From positions 1 through 39,522 of the forward strand of contig RBNJ01000139.1 in assembly GCA_003990765.1 (NCBI GenBank): a stretch of DNA of 39,522 nt, written 5' to 3'. This document shows positions 1 through 13,344 of the stretch, piece after piece; the first letter of the stretch is position 1; the number at the start of each line of letters is the position of its first letter. This DNA is from Jimgerdemannia flammicorona. Its lineage: Eukaryota. The notes under the pieces were generated by a model, which saw only the letters and a program-made list of their open reading frames with translations, ran no database searches and was not told where the DNA came from. Made by a program: the position numbers and the translations under genes.

Positions 1-1475
1 GGGGTGGGGGGTGGGGTTTCTTGCTCTGTCGCTTTGTCATCCCGACCGGCTGTGTTATTGCCCATGATTATATTATAGAGACACCAAATGAGTGACTGGA
101 GTTCGCCAGCTTTCATACTATATACTGTTCTCCATAACTTGAATACAACAAACCAAAGTAGGCCGAACCAATTGATCGCATGTATTATAGCTCGGTAACA
201 AAGATCGGTCAATATGGTATCGCCACGAAACTTGAGAAAAAATAATTCAAATGATTGGTTTTTAAGCTTCGACTTAATCCGATTGTTTTGATCCGTGCCG
301 GGAACACATCGACACTGCTTTCCGTAATGCGAAGAATTACTTCCAACATGACATTTCGTCTTTTCGTTGCAGTGCTCTGGAAAATAATTCGTGTGCACTG
401 ACGGTATTTATCCCCGCTAGGTGCCTATAATTCGTGTAATTCGTCAAATATCGATCTTTAGTCGGCTAATAGACGTGTGGTACAACACACGTTGTTGCGA
501 TCAGTATATTATTGTATTCCAAGAAATAAAAATAAAAATCGGTTTTCCGGTGCAGAAACATGATCTACGGGAAATTACCTAGGCCGACCAAAAACTTGCC
601 ACTGCAGAAGTAAAAAAAGAAAAAGCCTCGGTTCTGCGTCCGACGTTGGAGCTACTCAATTATGGGATCAACGGAGTTTTATCCGCCATTGTTCATATGG
701 AGCTACAAGCTGAAAATTGTGCGGGTTCGCTTATTGAGCCTAGTGTGATCTTGATTAATAGAACGAACGAGCAAAAATCCCTGAAATAAATAAATAAATA
801 AATAAATCCACGAACCAATGCCGTCTTCCGATTTTTCAACGTTGCATAAAAAATTTTAAACCACGCTGTCACCGGATATGACCAAAGCGGGTAAAGGGGG
901 TTATGCACACCAAAGTCGGGGTGCTCGGAAGAGCGGATCGTCATAACATTGCACCTGACCTTATTTAAAAATTGGCGTATTTGGGTGTTTTTTTTTTTTT
1001 TTTTTTTCATCCCAAGCATGGTATCGCGTGATCGATCTAGAACCGCAGGCCAATTTCGCTCTAAATCCGTTGCCGCCTCCTTCGTTTCACCCCCTTACTT
1101 TCAATTTGTGTAGTTGATATTCCGGCTCCATTTTTAGTTAGTACAATGAATGGTTGGTATTCGTACTGCGTGAGTGACAATCGGGTAATCCAATCAAAAC
1201 AAACTTGGCAAGCAGCCCATTTAGTTGAAGGATCAAGATCAATTAAAGTTGCTACCCCCAACAAATAAACAATATAATTACTTGTCAAACTAATTTGTAG
1301 AAACCGCCATGTTTATGCTTGGCATTTATTTTGTGTTTGTGTTTCGAGAAAGGAAAATAAAATAAAATAAAATAAAATGATGCTATACAAGGTACACTGT
1401 GATTCGATCGACCGCACAGCGGCCACCCGTCAACCACAATGCGTTTATGGATGAGTACTTGATGCATGGTATCGT

Positions 1476-3280
1476 TCAAGCGAGGCCGCACTGGATATCA
1501 TTGCTACCGGCCGCATTGCAGACGGTGCCTGGGCTACACTGACGTTGGATCCAGGAACCGTTGAGGCACTGCTTGTAAGCGACGTCCTTTCCAGGGTTGG
1601 TACAGACGGATTGACCGGCATTGGAGCTGGAACAATCGGAGCCGGGGGAGGTCGGCTTGGGGTCCTCGGACGTCATGGCGGTGATTGTCTTTGGCTTCTT
1701 AGATCCCTTGCCGGCCTTGGTCTTGGTCGCGGTCGCGGTGTTGGTCGCGATCTTGCCGGTGATCTTGGACGTCTTGGGTTTGGGGCCAGGGCCGGGTGTA
1801 GCACAACTGGACGGGGCCGAGCCCTGGATGTTATTGACGGCAGTAAGGAGCTCACCGTTGTCTTGGTGGATGTCCCAAACCATCACGCCGCCGAGCTTTT
1901 GGCAGAGGGCGTAGTTAATCTTGGTCTTGAGGGAGACGGGGTCGTCGTAGGAGATGAAAATCTTGGTGCTCGGATTGAAGAGCCACGGGGTTTGGGAAAC
2001 GGAGTCGAAGTAGCGGGTCCAGCCAGCGCCGGCGGTGGTCGGGCTGGTGAGAACACCCTGCGAGCGGAGGTTTTTCCACTTCCAGATACCCGAGGTGCCG
2101 CCGGGGTCCTTGGAGCAGTAGGGGTCCTGCCACGAGGCATCGTCACTGTCACCGAGGGGGTTGCTTGTCGCGCAAGCCTGGTACTGGAAGCCGGTCTTGG
2201 TCATGTCTACGGTGGCTTTTATCGAGTGTCCGTAATAGGCGAGGCCAGCGACAATTTTTCCGGCAGGGACGCCGGCGGCCCTCCAGGCTTGGATGCCATC
2301 TGTGTACGAGAACGGGGCGCCCCATCCATTCTGATTCTTGAAGGGCGCATTGGGGCCGGTGGTGGAGTTCCAGGCGCCTGTACAAAAAGGAAAAAGAATC
2401 GATTTTAGGTTTTAGATAAATGACTTTCGCCAAGGCAAAATTCGGCGTTTTTCGAGCAAAGGTACTTACCGTTAATATCGTACAACATGAGCTGGAACCT
2501 GTCAACGTAGGGAACGAAGGCGGAAACGTCCTTGGAAGGACCGCTGGGCGTCTCGAAGGGGACGGCGCGATTGGCCATGGTGATCTCCTTCTTGGCGCCT
2601 TTGAAGTTGGTGTTTAGGGCTGCACGGAGCTCCTTGAGCAGGATGAGGAGGTTGGGGGTATCGTTCTTGACGTCGAAGGCGTTACAACCGGCGCCCTGGC
2701 GGCCGGGGTACTCCCAGTCGATGTCGACGCCGTCGGTGTTGTACGTGGTGATCTGCTTGATGTTCCAGTCAATGAAAGTCTTGCGGGCGCTCGCCGAAGC
2801 GACGATCGTGCTGAAGGCGATGCAGCCGCTCCAGCCACCGATAGAGATCAAGACCTTGCTGCCTTTGGCGTGGGCACCCTTGACGACCTCGGGAAGTTGG
2901 ACAGAGACTTGGTAGTCATCCGCCCATTTAGGTGTGCCGCTTGCGTCGTTTGCGATTGCGAAGGCTAGGGGTGAAGCATGTCGATCAGTTAGTGGACAGT
3001 GCTGAAGGATGGCATGGATGCAAGTTCAGTGATGCTAGTTACCATAGTTGATATGCGTGTACTTGGAGTAATCGATATTTGCCACAGGATAACTGGCATA
3101 CAACCAGTTCGGTAGATAGCCGACCTAAGGAATTGTGGGAGATATCCGGTGAGCGACGGGTCGATGCTGTATGTCAGATCGAGGATTTCAATGCCGTGGG
3201 GAAATACATACGAGGACAGCCTTTGCGGAGGCTTCAGTGAAAACCGCTCCAAGGAGTGCGATGGCGAAGAGCGACTTCAT
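1476..3280 (-). CDS. Secreted GH18 chitinase with Thr/Lys/Pro linker and C-terminal Cys-rich CBM19-like module (~515 aa)
   Basis: Exons 3280-3212, 3124-3043, 2964-2470 and 2377-1476 join in frame through GT-AG introns (1548 nt). Signal peptide MKSLFAIALLGAVFTEASA; GH18 motifs YTHINYAF, SIGGW, catalytic DGVDIDWEYP, MLYD, ISYDDPVS, LGGVMVW; C-terminal C..C..YKQCLNGSWIQRQCSPGTVC..C. Confidence 0.95.
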
Positions 3281-5929
3281 TGAGCGATTGTTTGGTGAGT
3301 TGATCTGTGAAATTCAGAAGTCAGGGTGTCTTACCTTTATATCCCTCAATTTTGACGCAGGAAATGAAATTACGTGACGGCAAGCCATTTTACGAAACGG
3401 GAAAGCCGCCAATTGATTTTTTTTTTTTTCGAGCGGTCTCAATTTTCCGGACCGCCAAATCGGGGCAAATATTGTGAGGCTGCGAGGTCATGTTACGTAA
3501 TTACGTTTAATCATGAAATCCTGGTGACAGGCCATAAACTTCATGTTACGTTTGGTGCGGTCCTATGTCGTCTTGTATTGAGCCAACTTACGGAAATTAT
3601 TCAGCCATCTGTATTCCGGTTGCGGCGTATTCTTTCATTATCTTGCTTGTTACAGACTCAAAAACGTGGTTTCCTCCGACTACAACTTTGTATTATTTTC
3701 CGCATTCGATCATGTTTGTCGTTAGGCACAAGTAATGCAAGGTGTTTTGATTCCGCGTATACCATCCCTAACATTACAAGCGTCATGCACTCTCGTGTAA
3801 CCAGGGCCTTAGGGGGCCTTGGCAGATGCCTGATGTTCTATACCACCGATCATATCTAGCCCGCGATCAAATGCGGCGCACAGGAACTGGACCCGGTTGG
3901 TCCAGCCCCCTTTTTCTGACCGAACACCGTAAGACATCACGTGATTATGTCACCCAAACCTGGATCGTCGGAAAGACGCCGAGTGGTACGGACGGTCGAA
4001 TCCGAGATTCAGTCACGCAGGTCACGCAGCCACCGGAGCGGAGTTTACGAGTTTCCGTAGCTCCGTAGAGGATAATAATAGATCACATCCATACATATAA
4101 ACCCCTGTTGGTCACTTTCCCCTTCTTAGATGTTAAGTCGCTGGTGAGCTGTCATGCTTGAACGTGCAATTCGAATACCCTCACACTTTATCCGTCTTCA
4201 TATTCACAATGCGTAGAACTCCGCCATATGGAACTTATTGTTCTGATAATCGGGACATGGTGAAGTGTGTCATCAATGTCGTCGTTCTTGTATCTATCCG
4301 GTTTTTCCGTTACAAAACAATCGTGTTTACTTTCAGTGTTTCCAAATAACTCAAGTTGCTGTTTCACTTCTGGTAAAGTCGACGCTCATGAATTCGTGTT
4401 CGTTTGTTTATGACACTGTTTGCCGAAAGGTGGTAAGAATAACTCACGCTTGAATTCAGACATCGTTGAAAACGGACACATTTCATGTTTCCTCCTTGCC
4501 AGCATTCATATGTAACTTCAGCCAGTCGGCCCTTGAAAAGGTTGCATTTTCTTGTATTTTTGTTTTGCTTCTTTTTATTTTGTTCCATGTTACCTTTACC
4601 TCCCCCTTCTTCGACGGCTTCTACTCTTCTATTTCTAGAACCGCCCTAAAAAAAAACGAATAAAATAGGAGCTACATCCCGGGCAGTCGATAACTAGATA
4701 GGTTACTCTTTGCTTGATTGCTTGCTCTCAATTCGTGATTTCTTTCCTTTCTGCCTTTACCATCTTTAATTTTCAACCCCAGAAATTACAGAAACCTTTG
4801 TCATCACACGTCAAAAGACGGGGCCAGTGACACAACTAACATGCAAAGTTTATATGGGGAATTGCGTTTCAGAAGCACAATCATCACAGATATATGACAC
4901 AGAGAGCCAGAATATAAGCCCAAGAACCTCTCGATCTTGTCTCACGTCTTCGATGCTTTCGTGGGTTTATGATGTACAAATTTTCTCGACTTCCTTTTCG
5001 GCTTCTTTTTCTCGTTCTTAGCTTTCTCCTATTCTGACACAACATTTTTGCTGACGCAGATCACTGTCAGTCGTTAAATCGGATTTCTTGCCGCTATATC
5101 TCCTCTACCAACTGATTACTGAAATCCATATTTTGTAAATATGTTCTGCAAACACGTAACATTGCAAAGTGATGGTGAAAATTCCCACTCGCTGGAAACG
5201 TCTGTTGGATGGACAGATAGTTGGAAACACCTGCCATCTCTTTTTATTGATCGGCTTTAACGTCAGTTTCGCAATAAACTCGACCAAGCTTGCCTTACAC
5301 ATCGAATTACAATTTCACAATCTTTGTCACTCTGTCCGCCCAACTTCATTGAAGGTGGTTATTTTTGTATGTCGCCAAACGTCGATGAAATGCTACCCTG
5401 GAATATTGACATTAGCGACCACAAGGGTCTTGCTTGACTTTCATCTGCGGATAAATCAGCAACGGTAGATGGCAAGCGTCGAGTAAAGATGAAAGAGAAG
5501 GATTGATCCCAAGGTGTACACGACGACAATAGTCATACCACTAAGCTCCGTAAATCAAATAGCGGGAGTATCGTCAACAAGAAGTGGTTCCTTTCTTTCA
5601 GAACGATCGATTTAAAATGCTATTCGGACGAATTTATTACCGTGGTGGATGCGGCAAACTCCTTGAGCAACAAGGCGCATTCATAAGGAAAAAGCGTAAA
5701 GAGCAACACTAGAAGGTCTATGTATAATAAAAATGGGAGGAAAGAAAGCCTCACCCTATAATATAAAATATACATACACAAACAGATACGGTAGGTACAT
5801 GTAAAACAGGAACGTATGAGAAATCATCATGTCAATATTGGAGGAGTTTGACGGAGTGCCTATTGTTTGATCTATACATTATTCTTTGTGTATCTGAAAC
5901 CATATTGGCACAATCAGGTTTCGCGTAAT

Positions 5930-6290
5930 TCAGATGGTACGGGAGCTTGAGTTTTAAAGCCTGGGACACACGGCCATCACCTTCTCCACAAACTCTCTGG
6001 AGGGCTCGTCACATTCATTAAGCTTCAACTGCTCCAACGTTATCCGTCTCCTTTCCCCCTCGTGAGATTAGGACTCATGAAGAGGCAAATGTGCCGTAGT
6101 TGACGGCCATAACGCAGCAGAGACAACAGCACAGCATCATCCACCCTTATGTCGTTCACCACATGAAACGCGCACATTTTTCGGCAGTTGTCTATAAGTT
6201 GGTTCAGTGAAGCGCTGGTAACGCTGTTGGATACAACCGGGCCGACGAAAAAATTGGCAAGCGAGAATGTGTCGAGCGACAGGCAGCAGG
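5930..6290 (-). pseudogene. Fragment of an F-box/RNI-type Cys-containing LRR protein C-terminus
   Basis: Translates LNQLIDNCRKM..VDDAVLLSLLRYGRQLRHICLFMSPNLT, then after a frameshift TLEQLKLNECD..VMAVCPRL*. No 5' part is found; it abuts the TPR fragment. Confidence 0.45.
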
Positions 6291-6294
6291 CGGA

Positions 6295-7400
6295 TCGCCA
6301 GCGTCCATTCGTAAGCAGCTCCGTCTCGCCGCATTTGTCCTGGCTGCCATAGAGCTTAGCCAGATTGTTCAGGGATAATGCCGTGTCGGGTTTCTCTGAT
6401 CCCAACACCTTCCCACTTATGGCCAGTGTCTGTTCGTACAGCGGCTCCACCTTGTCATACTTGCTCGTAGGATCTGTTTACTGTTTTTAGAAAGAGCATT
6501 AGAGCATCACGCTATCGTTCAAAAAGGGATGCTTGTATGGCGTCTGCTTGGAGAAAGGCCCAAATATCGAGAATTCGGGTTGCCAAGATATTACGTTTCT
6601 TGTTTTCTTGGAATGACAACTTCCACACCGTAGCCACTGTCTCTTGTAGGTGCTCGGGTTGCTGCAATCACTGTCAGTGAGTAGCACTTTAGGATTTTTT
6701 TAATCAACTTAAGGTAAGCTTTAAAAGTTGTCTTAGTCCGTTCAATATAAGAACAGGTGATATTTATGGCCACCGGCAGGTAGTCGAGCTCCTGCACAAT
6801 ATTCCGAGCATTGATTGTTGTGGCATCATCAAACAGAGGTCGCCAATCAAGCAGATGAAGAGCCTACTCGTTAGCCATCTTATCCACTTCTATTACGGTC
6901 GCCCATAAAGGGACATGATTTCGAGTTGTAACGATAACGTCTACGCCCGTTGCAGGAAAATAAGGATCTGCATTATCAAGATATCCAAAAGACGCAACCA
7001 GCCCGTTCTCGATCCAAGTCATTCACGAACTAAATCGATCAGAGTTTCGTCATTGCCGGACCCGTTTGCCTCTATGTGTCTCCCGAGCTTCCTCTCCAGC
7101 CCGCGAAATTCATCCAGAGTCGCCTTGCTACCATCGACACGGAGCCAGAATACGTAATCATAGTCGTCGCGGCGCTGGTAGCAATAGTTTAGCATAAGCT
7201 CGGATTCCTCATGTCACCAATGCCTTTGTTTGAGTGTATACTTTGTTTATTCTGTCTGGTTGTCTTACATGGAAATACCGCACAATACTTTCATCTCTCA
7301 ATAGCTGCACCACATCTTCATCATTCATAATAATAATATACGGCACCGAATACCAAGTTAGGCATTTTGGTCGCGATGACCCTGGCTTCGGTAGCAAAAT
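6295..7400 (-). pseudogene. Degenerate NB-ARC/STAND NTPase-TPR (fungal NLR-like) gene
   Basis: Motifs in the expected order, with frameshifts and stops: WYSVPY; decayed Walker A GIGDMR(K)SELMLNY; YDYVFWL; Walker B ILDNADP (~6975); ELDYLPVAI..SYI (GLPL-like); kinesin-light-chain-type TPR EPLYEQTLAISGKVLGSEKPDTALSLNNLAKLY. Confidence 0.8.
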
Positions 7401-7681
7401 TGTCCCATTGAATTAGCAGTATAAGCGTAAGCGCTAAATGTTTATACATGTTTAAAAAGGGGTGGAGGGAGGGAGCTTCAAATAAGACACATAAGTACTA
7501 AGCGCGAGTAATGATACAGATAAGATTCATGAATGCTGAGTGCGAGCAATCAGGGCTGAAAGGAAGAAGACAACTTAGCAAATGGCAGCGGCCGACATCT
7601 TGTTCAATGAATAAGAGTTGAGAAGGCCTGGAGAAATAGAGGAGAAATTGCAGTGTGTATAAGATATGCATGTATAGTGGA

Positions 7682-8833
7682 CAGCTCCTTTCTCTGCTAC
7701 CATACCAGTCACAAGGTATGGGTAGGCAACTGTCTGGGTCCTCTTTCTCCTAACTTTACACTCTCTACCCCAGTGTGGTTTGCTGTACCTGCAAGAGTAT
7801 AGTGGGAGGAGGGCAATGGTGATAAGTTGCTCCTTTATCAGTGTCAGATTAGTGCTTCTTTTACTTTTTTATAGTTTCTGGTATCTCCAGCTATATCTGG
7901 GATATACCTATTTTAGTATAGTACTTTCTTCTCTATAAGATATTGTCTCAGTATATTATGGATTATACGTATATAGAGTCAGCTGACCTTGGATATCAAG
8001 TACCAATATAGATTATCTGCAGATTGCCAGTATCTGTAGTGGGGCCCTCTGAGCTTTGATAAGCTTTCTGGTAAGTATGATTCTAATATAAGTAACTGCT
8101 TTTTAGAAAGAGTCAAGATGAGAAGAGAGATGGTCATTATAGATAGAAGGCAGAGCAATTATAGTAAACCAGTAGAGTGCTAGGCTGAGAGTAGTCATTA
8201 GGGCTAGAGCAGATACTATATCAGTGAGACCTTCTGATTGATGCTAGATAGATATCACTCTTAGTAGCTCTCAGTAATATATAAGATTAAACTCTCTAAT
8301 AATTAGATTATTGAAGGACTTAAGGCTATCTAAATCAGATATCTTGACTGTACTTAACTAGAACTAAGAGCTGATGTAGCAATATAATCAAGATCTACAG
8401 GCTTGAGTAGTGGGGTCTTCTCTCACCTTATGTATAAGTTCTCTACCCATCTTATTGAAGAGAACTAGGCCCTACTCACTACTTGGTATCTTATAGAGGA
8501 TTTTTATTTACCTATTACTCTACTTAGAGTGGCAGAGACTATACAAATTGGCTCAAACATAGTCTTATATATATATTGGGGTTTCAGATATATACCTTCA
8601 GTTATAAGTATATAATTACTTTCCCCTGATGGTAGAAAGAGCATGATGTACAGAATAAGATACAGACTAATATAAGCCCTGCTGTGCCTAGTATAGTTAA
8701 GCTGCTAGACAATAGCTAGCCTAAATTCATAGAGATACAGTACTTGGTGGGAGAGTGGGGAAGGGTTTTGACCTTTATAGTCTAGGTTCTCTTTCAATAA
8801 AAATCCATAGAGAGAATGTTCCTGTTATAAAAG
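7682..8833 (+). mobile_element. Non-coding non-LTR (SINE-like) retroelement, copy 1, heavily C>T/G>A eroded
   Basis: Colinear along its length with the reverse complement of 30367-31550 and starts at the same AGCTCCTTTCTCTGCTACC. AATAAA near the 3' end; flanked by ATATGCAT(G/A)TATAGTGGA at 7664-7681 and 8846-8863 (TSD, preceded by a TA run). Confidence 0.85.
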
Positions 8834-9419
8834 ATATATATATATATATGCATATATAGTGGAATGTATAGTGCACGGGTATGTTTGTGCAATTGACACA
8901 TGATCCCACTCTGATCCAGAATATGCAAGGAGCAGGAAGTGTAGATTGTGGTATTTTTATTTTTATTTTTATTTTTATTTTTCGCAGATAAAAATGGAAA
9001 GCCTTGACAGACGTGCAGTCCTCGGCCTACGCGATCATGAACTGTTCAGCGGGGCTGTGTGCTTGTGTAGAATCTAACGCAGACTGAGTGGAGCCTATGT
9101 ACTCAGCAGCATGACTCATCGGCCTGCGAGCCCGTAGTAATCCTCAAAGCAATTCGTGAATTTGGTGAATTTAAAATTTCACATGACTAATGTTACATGG
9201 GAAGAGTCTCTTTGTTTTTTATTATGCGTCAATTCAGTCTGGCTTAATGGCAAACAAATCGGAGGTAACGAGCTCAAAAATACTTGTGTGCTATGTAATT
9301 ACTACAGGCGCCGTTAGACACAACCTTGATACCAGTCGTCAGCCGTGCTGACAATGCCATACATTGCATGCTCGCCAAGAATCGCAAATGAGAAAATAAT
9401 ATCTCATGCATACAAGAAA

Positions 9420-10452
9420 ATCACCTTAGCATTCTCATCCCAACTCATTCATCCCCACGCACGGTTCGAATAGCTTCCAGTGCTTCATGTCTGTCTCACT
9501 ATCCGCTTCCCAGTTGTTAGTCCACAGGACGTGGATGACGGAGTCGACAATCTGCGGCATGACAGGGAAGAGGGATGACATATATTAATACAGAGGCTTC
9601 AGAAAGAAGTAGTTACGGTCATCGAGAAGGGGAGGGAAATAATAATACTGAATACCGCACGAAAAATCGCACTGTCCACCCTAACCACGCACACTATGAC
9701 ACGTCTACAAACTCCCAACTCCGAAGTCGGCGAAACCTACCTCATCCTCTCCCAGTACGTGACGACAGTCTTGTAGGTGGCAGAGACGTTGAGCGCCTCC
9801 ATCAGGCTGATGACGGTGCTGTTGTGGTAGAGGGGTATGAATAAGAATATAAGATCGTGTTCCGTTATCACACCCAACACACAACAAAACCAGTATATTC
9901 CACACAATACATACCACCTTAACCTCCCATTCCTCATCTTCTGGTTCCCATAAAAATGTTCTTCAGGGTCTCAAGAAACTGGATATTCATGTCGCCGGCG
10001 CAATCCTTCCTCTCTCTCCCATCCTTTTCAACTCCTCCCCCAATTATCATCGAACCGGAACTTGCGACTATGCGAGGTCGCCGGCGGGACTGAGGTCCAA
10101 CGTCCGTCCCGGATCACACCAGGCCGCAGGCTGGGGAAGGAAAGGTGTCGCGGGATGAGGGGAGGTGTGTGCGAGGATGCGTCTTAATGCGGACTGGCAC
10201 GGTTTTGCTGGTTGAGGCTATTGGAGCATGACTCAGACAGAAGACCGTGGTGGGAGCAGTTATGTCTGGCAGCGAGCCTAGGGGTGGGATTGAGGCAAGA
10301 GTCCGTGTCCGTGTTGCCGTGTCTTCAAAGGGGTGGTCTAGGCTTGCTAACATGGGACCACCCGTGGTTGCATCGGTGGGGCGAGGGGGTGTGTGGAAGG
10401 AGGCGGAGAGGACGAAGAGATTGTCGGAGAGGGAGGGGTCCGTGGAGTCCAA
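9420..10452 (-). pseudogene. Possible disrupted intron-containing gene of unknown function
   Basis: GC-rich exon-like blocks bounded by GT/AG (TVISLMEALNVSATYKTVVTYWERMR; IVDSVIHVLWTNNWEADSETDMKHWKLFEPC). I could not join them in frame, and no family was recognised. Confidence 0.3.
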
Positions 10453-10646
10453 GCGGAATGGTGATTCGGCAGAATGGTCAGAATAGCGGTAAGGTAGAGC
10501 GATCTACGAGGTTAATAGTATTGTTTTATTTCAACCAATGATATTGTCCCCTTATTTATTTCAAATAAAAAACAAAGCGCCGCAGCAAAAAATATAAACG
10601 TTGGAAAAACCGAAATTACCCTCCCGTTTTTCGTTCGAGTGGCAGA

Positions 10647-12499
10647 ATGAAGACAATTATTCTTATATTTCTGGCTTGGATTGTTGCCGCCATTGGCACT
10701 AGAGGGTCTGTAGTTGCTTTATATGTTGGTCCTTCACTTTGCCACAAGTTCTCAGAGGGACTATTTGTTCTTCGGTTTACAGTGATGACGAAATCATAAC
10801 GCCAAACCCCAGGGTTCAAGTGGGGATGTTGGTGGAGCACAATCCTGTACGGCCCAACGCTGTTGTTGAAGGTAGAGTAACGCAACCATGCCTTTTCTAG
10901 GCATGTACTCTACCTCTCTTACATCAAGAAACCTCCCCCATTCTACCAGGCAAAGTGCGACTTTTCGCCAAGGAACCGTACGAGGCTTTCTCGATCTACC
11001 TTTCTTTCTCGTGCGTTGAATCGTTCACAATAAAGACGAAGCTCGATGATAATGCGTTCCTTGCCGACGACCTCCAGACCCCGCTTTCTTTGCTTAAGAA
11101 CTACTCGGCCGTTGCAACTGATGAAGACTTCGACCAGACAAATCGGATATTGTCGTCCCCGACCGGAAAATGGATAAGCGTCAGAGAGCAGCGCATCCTT
11201 TTTGATACTGGAGTGTACCTAGAGATCAATCGCACAGGTATTCTTAAGATTCGTTAAATGAATGTACTCTGATTACTGTTGTTTGTAGTTTGCTTATATC
11301 CATGTCGACGTTCATAGAACCCTTGTACGGCGAACACATTTTCCCCTTCTTTCTCGTTCTTCCCGACACGAATTTTCCTCCGGAAGAGAAAATCAGCATG
11401 GATTACGTGGACCAACTACATGAAATCGTAAGTGCAGTTCCCATCCAAATCTCAGATTTTACTCTCGGTTCCGCATATTCATTCCCTCTTGTACAATAGA
11501 AAATGTTCTCCTACAACATTCACTATGGTTATAAAGTCCAGATCCGTAACAGCACCGCCTCGCCGGTCGGCCTCGCCGTGCAAACGGACTTCACCCCTAC
11601 GGTTCTTTCACCGCGTCCCTCATCTTCTGCCCCGCTCACCATCACACACACCTACACCTGCCGTCTACCTCACTGTACCGGTCAATACACGAGTACTAAA
11701 ATGCTGGCTACGCTCCCTATGGGGGACACCTATGCCCTTGGTTCGGACACTGAATTTTCTTCGTGCTCAGTTCCTATTCAGGTTCACGCTTCTAAATGCA
11801 AAATTCTCCATTTTATTTTTGGTAGGCGACACCATTCCGCTCACACTCTACTTCACATCCGACACCCCGGAACCCACCGATACCATCTTTTACCTCGTCG
11901 CCACCGTTTCAGGGCACTTTACTGCGCTTCCAGTGCATCCGAATCGACCGTTGTCTTGGAGCTCCTCTCACCAATTTCCGATTAGGAGTTTTTTCCACGA
12001 AGATCCCATGACCCTCGATATCACTTTTGATAAACCCCTGGAGCTTTCCGTCCCCCTGAGCGCCCTCAAGTTGCCATCCTTCCGTGCTCGCCACAGCGTA
12101 TATAACTACACCCTAGACCTTCAGCTCATGGCCAAGAACTTTTGGAGTCCACAGACCGCGCAGGATGTGTTCACATTCAAAATCCCCATCACTATCGTCT
12201 CAGCGTGGTCTTCTCTCCCTTCGCCAAAATCCTACGATGGAGGTCAATCCGTTGCCACACCCTACTTTGCCAACCGTAGTGTGAAGCAGCTAACGGCCCA
12301 TGAGAGGGATCTAGGTGCAAGGCGAGAGAAAGATGTTTTTATTGTGAAGGAACGCCTGGAGGTGGGAAGGCATGGAAGTAAGTGGCTTCCGGAGGATTTA
12401 CCCTTCGGGTGTTGCTGGCAATGGCTCTCTAAGACGAGAGATGTGTACACTCCCACTGGGTGTAACAGTTTCACACCTTTTGGATGTACCATTTATTAA
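10647..12499 (+). CDS. Putative secreted arrestin-like beta-sandwich protein (~494 aa, 6 exons)
   Basis: Exons 10647-10705, 10783-10846, 10901-11237, 11318-11427, 11500-11740 and 11826-12499 join in frame via GT-AG introns (1485 nt). Hydrophobic N-terminus MKTIILIFLAWIVAAIGTRG; arrestin-like segments GKVRLFAKEP..IYLSF, GEHIFPFFLVLP, LPSF..YNYTL..KIPITIV. Confidence 0.65.
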
Positions 12500-13307
12500 C
12501 TACCGCTTTATCAACAAGGTTGTAAAGTGGAGGTTTCCCGATGAAAAAAAGGCAACACAATGTCAGGGTTTTCATAAATTAAATATGATGAGTTTAGTTA
12601 ATGTGAAGTTGTAAACAAATATTTAGCCGTTATGAAGAGCAGGCCCGTGGGCGACTCTTCCATGGAGCGCTGGCATCCACGCAAGCGCCGCGCTAGCAAA
12701 CAAACCAATATCACCATTCTTTCCGCCCTCTTGCATTATCTGTACCTTCGTACTCGTGGCAAACCCGAGAAATTAAATGTCAATCCCATGCCGTTCCCTT
12801 GCAGTACACGCTATGAGCATGGTCAACTCAGGTCGCGTAGTCGAGGTCTTTAATGAAGCTGTGGCATCAAAGCCAGTTGTGACGAATGTGTCGTGATGCA
12901 GGATGCGGGTGTCATCCTCCCTTCAACCCACCAACGTCTTTGTGATGATACATCGCAGTATTTACGACAAGGTCCCTTTCAGACCACGCATCGCCACGGA
13001 CCTCACAGCATGCTTGGGTCGCGCTATTGATGATCGACATAAACTTTGATGCTTCAATGTCGAGTAGTTCAAAGTAAATGCGCACTCTTGGCCAGTCACT
13101 GCGGCGGGCGACCATCCGAAGACACATAATAAATATTATTTTTTAAATACATTTGCCCGCTTGCTCAGCTGACAATATTTAATCTCATCACTGGCAAATA
13201 TCGTAGATTACTCCCTTTTTGTAAATGAATTCGGGATATTTACAAAAGGTCAAAGTGCAACTATTATGGAGATAAACAACTACCGACATCACCATATTGA
13301 TATTGGT

Positions 13308-13344
<37 letters not shown>

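Noticed and set aside
786-1378. (TAAA)n, poly-T and (AAAAT)n tracts; also poly-T at 13311-13344
   Set aside because: Ordinary simple repeats; ORFs crossing them are artefacts.
1545-2408. 287-aa plus-strand ORF and other ORFs overlapping the chitinase
   Set aside because: Antisense or alternate-frame shadows of the GC-rich chitinase exons.
4150-5900. Coding-like fragments upstream of the chitinase
   Set aside because: No family or in-frame model could be supported.
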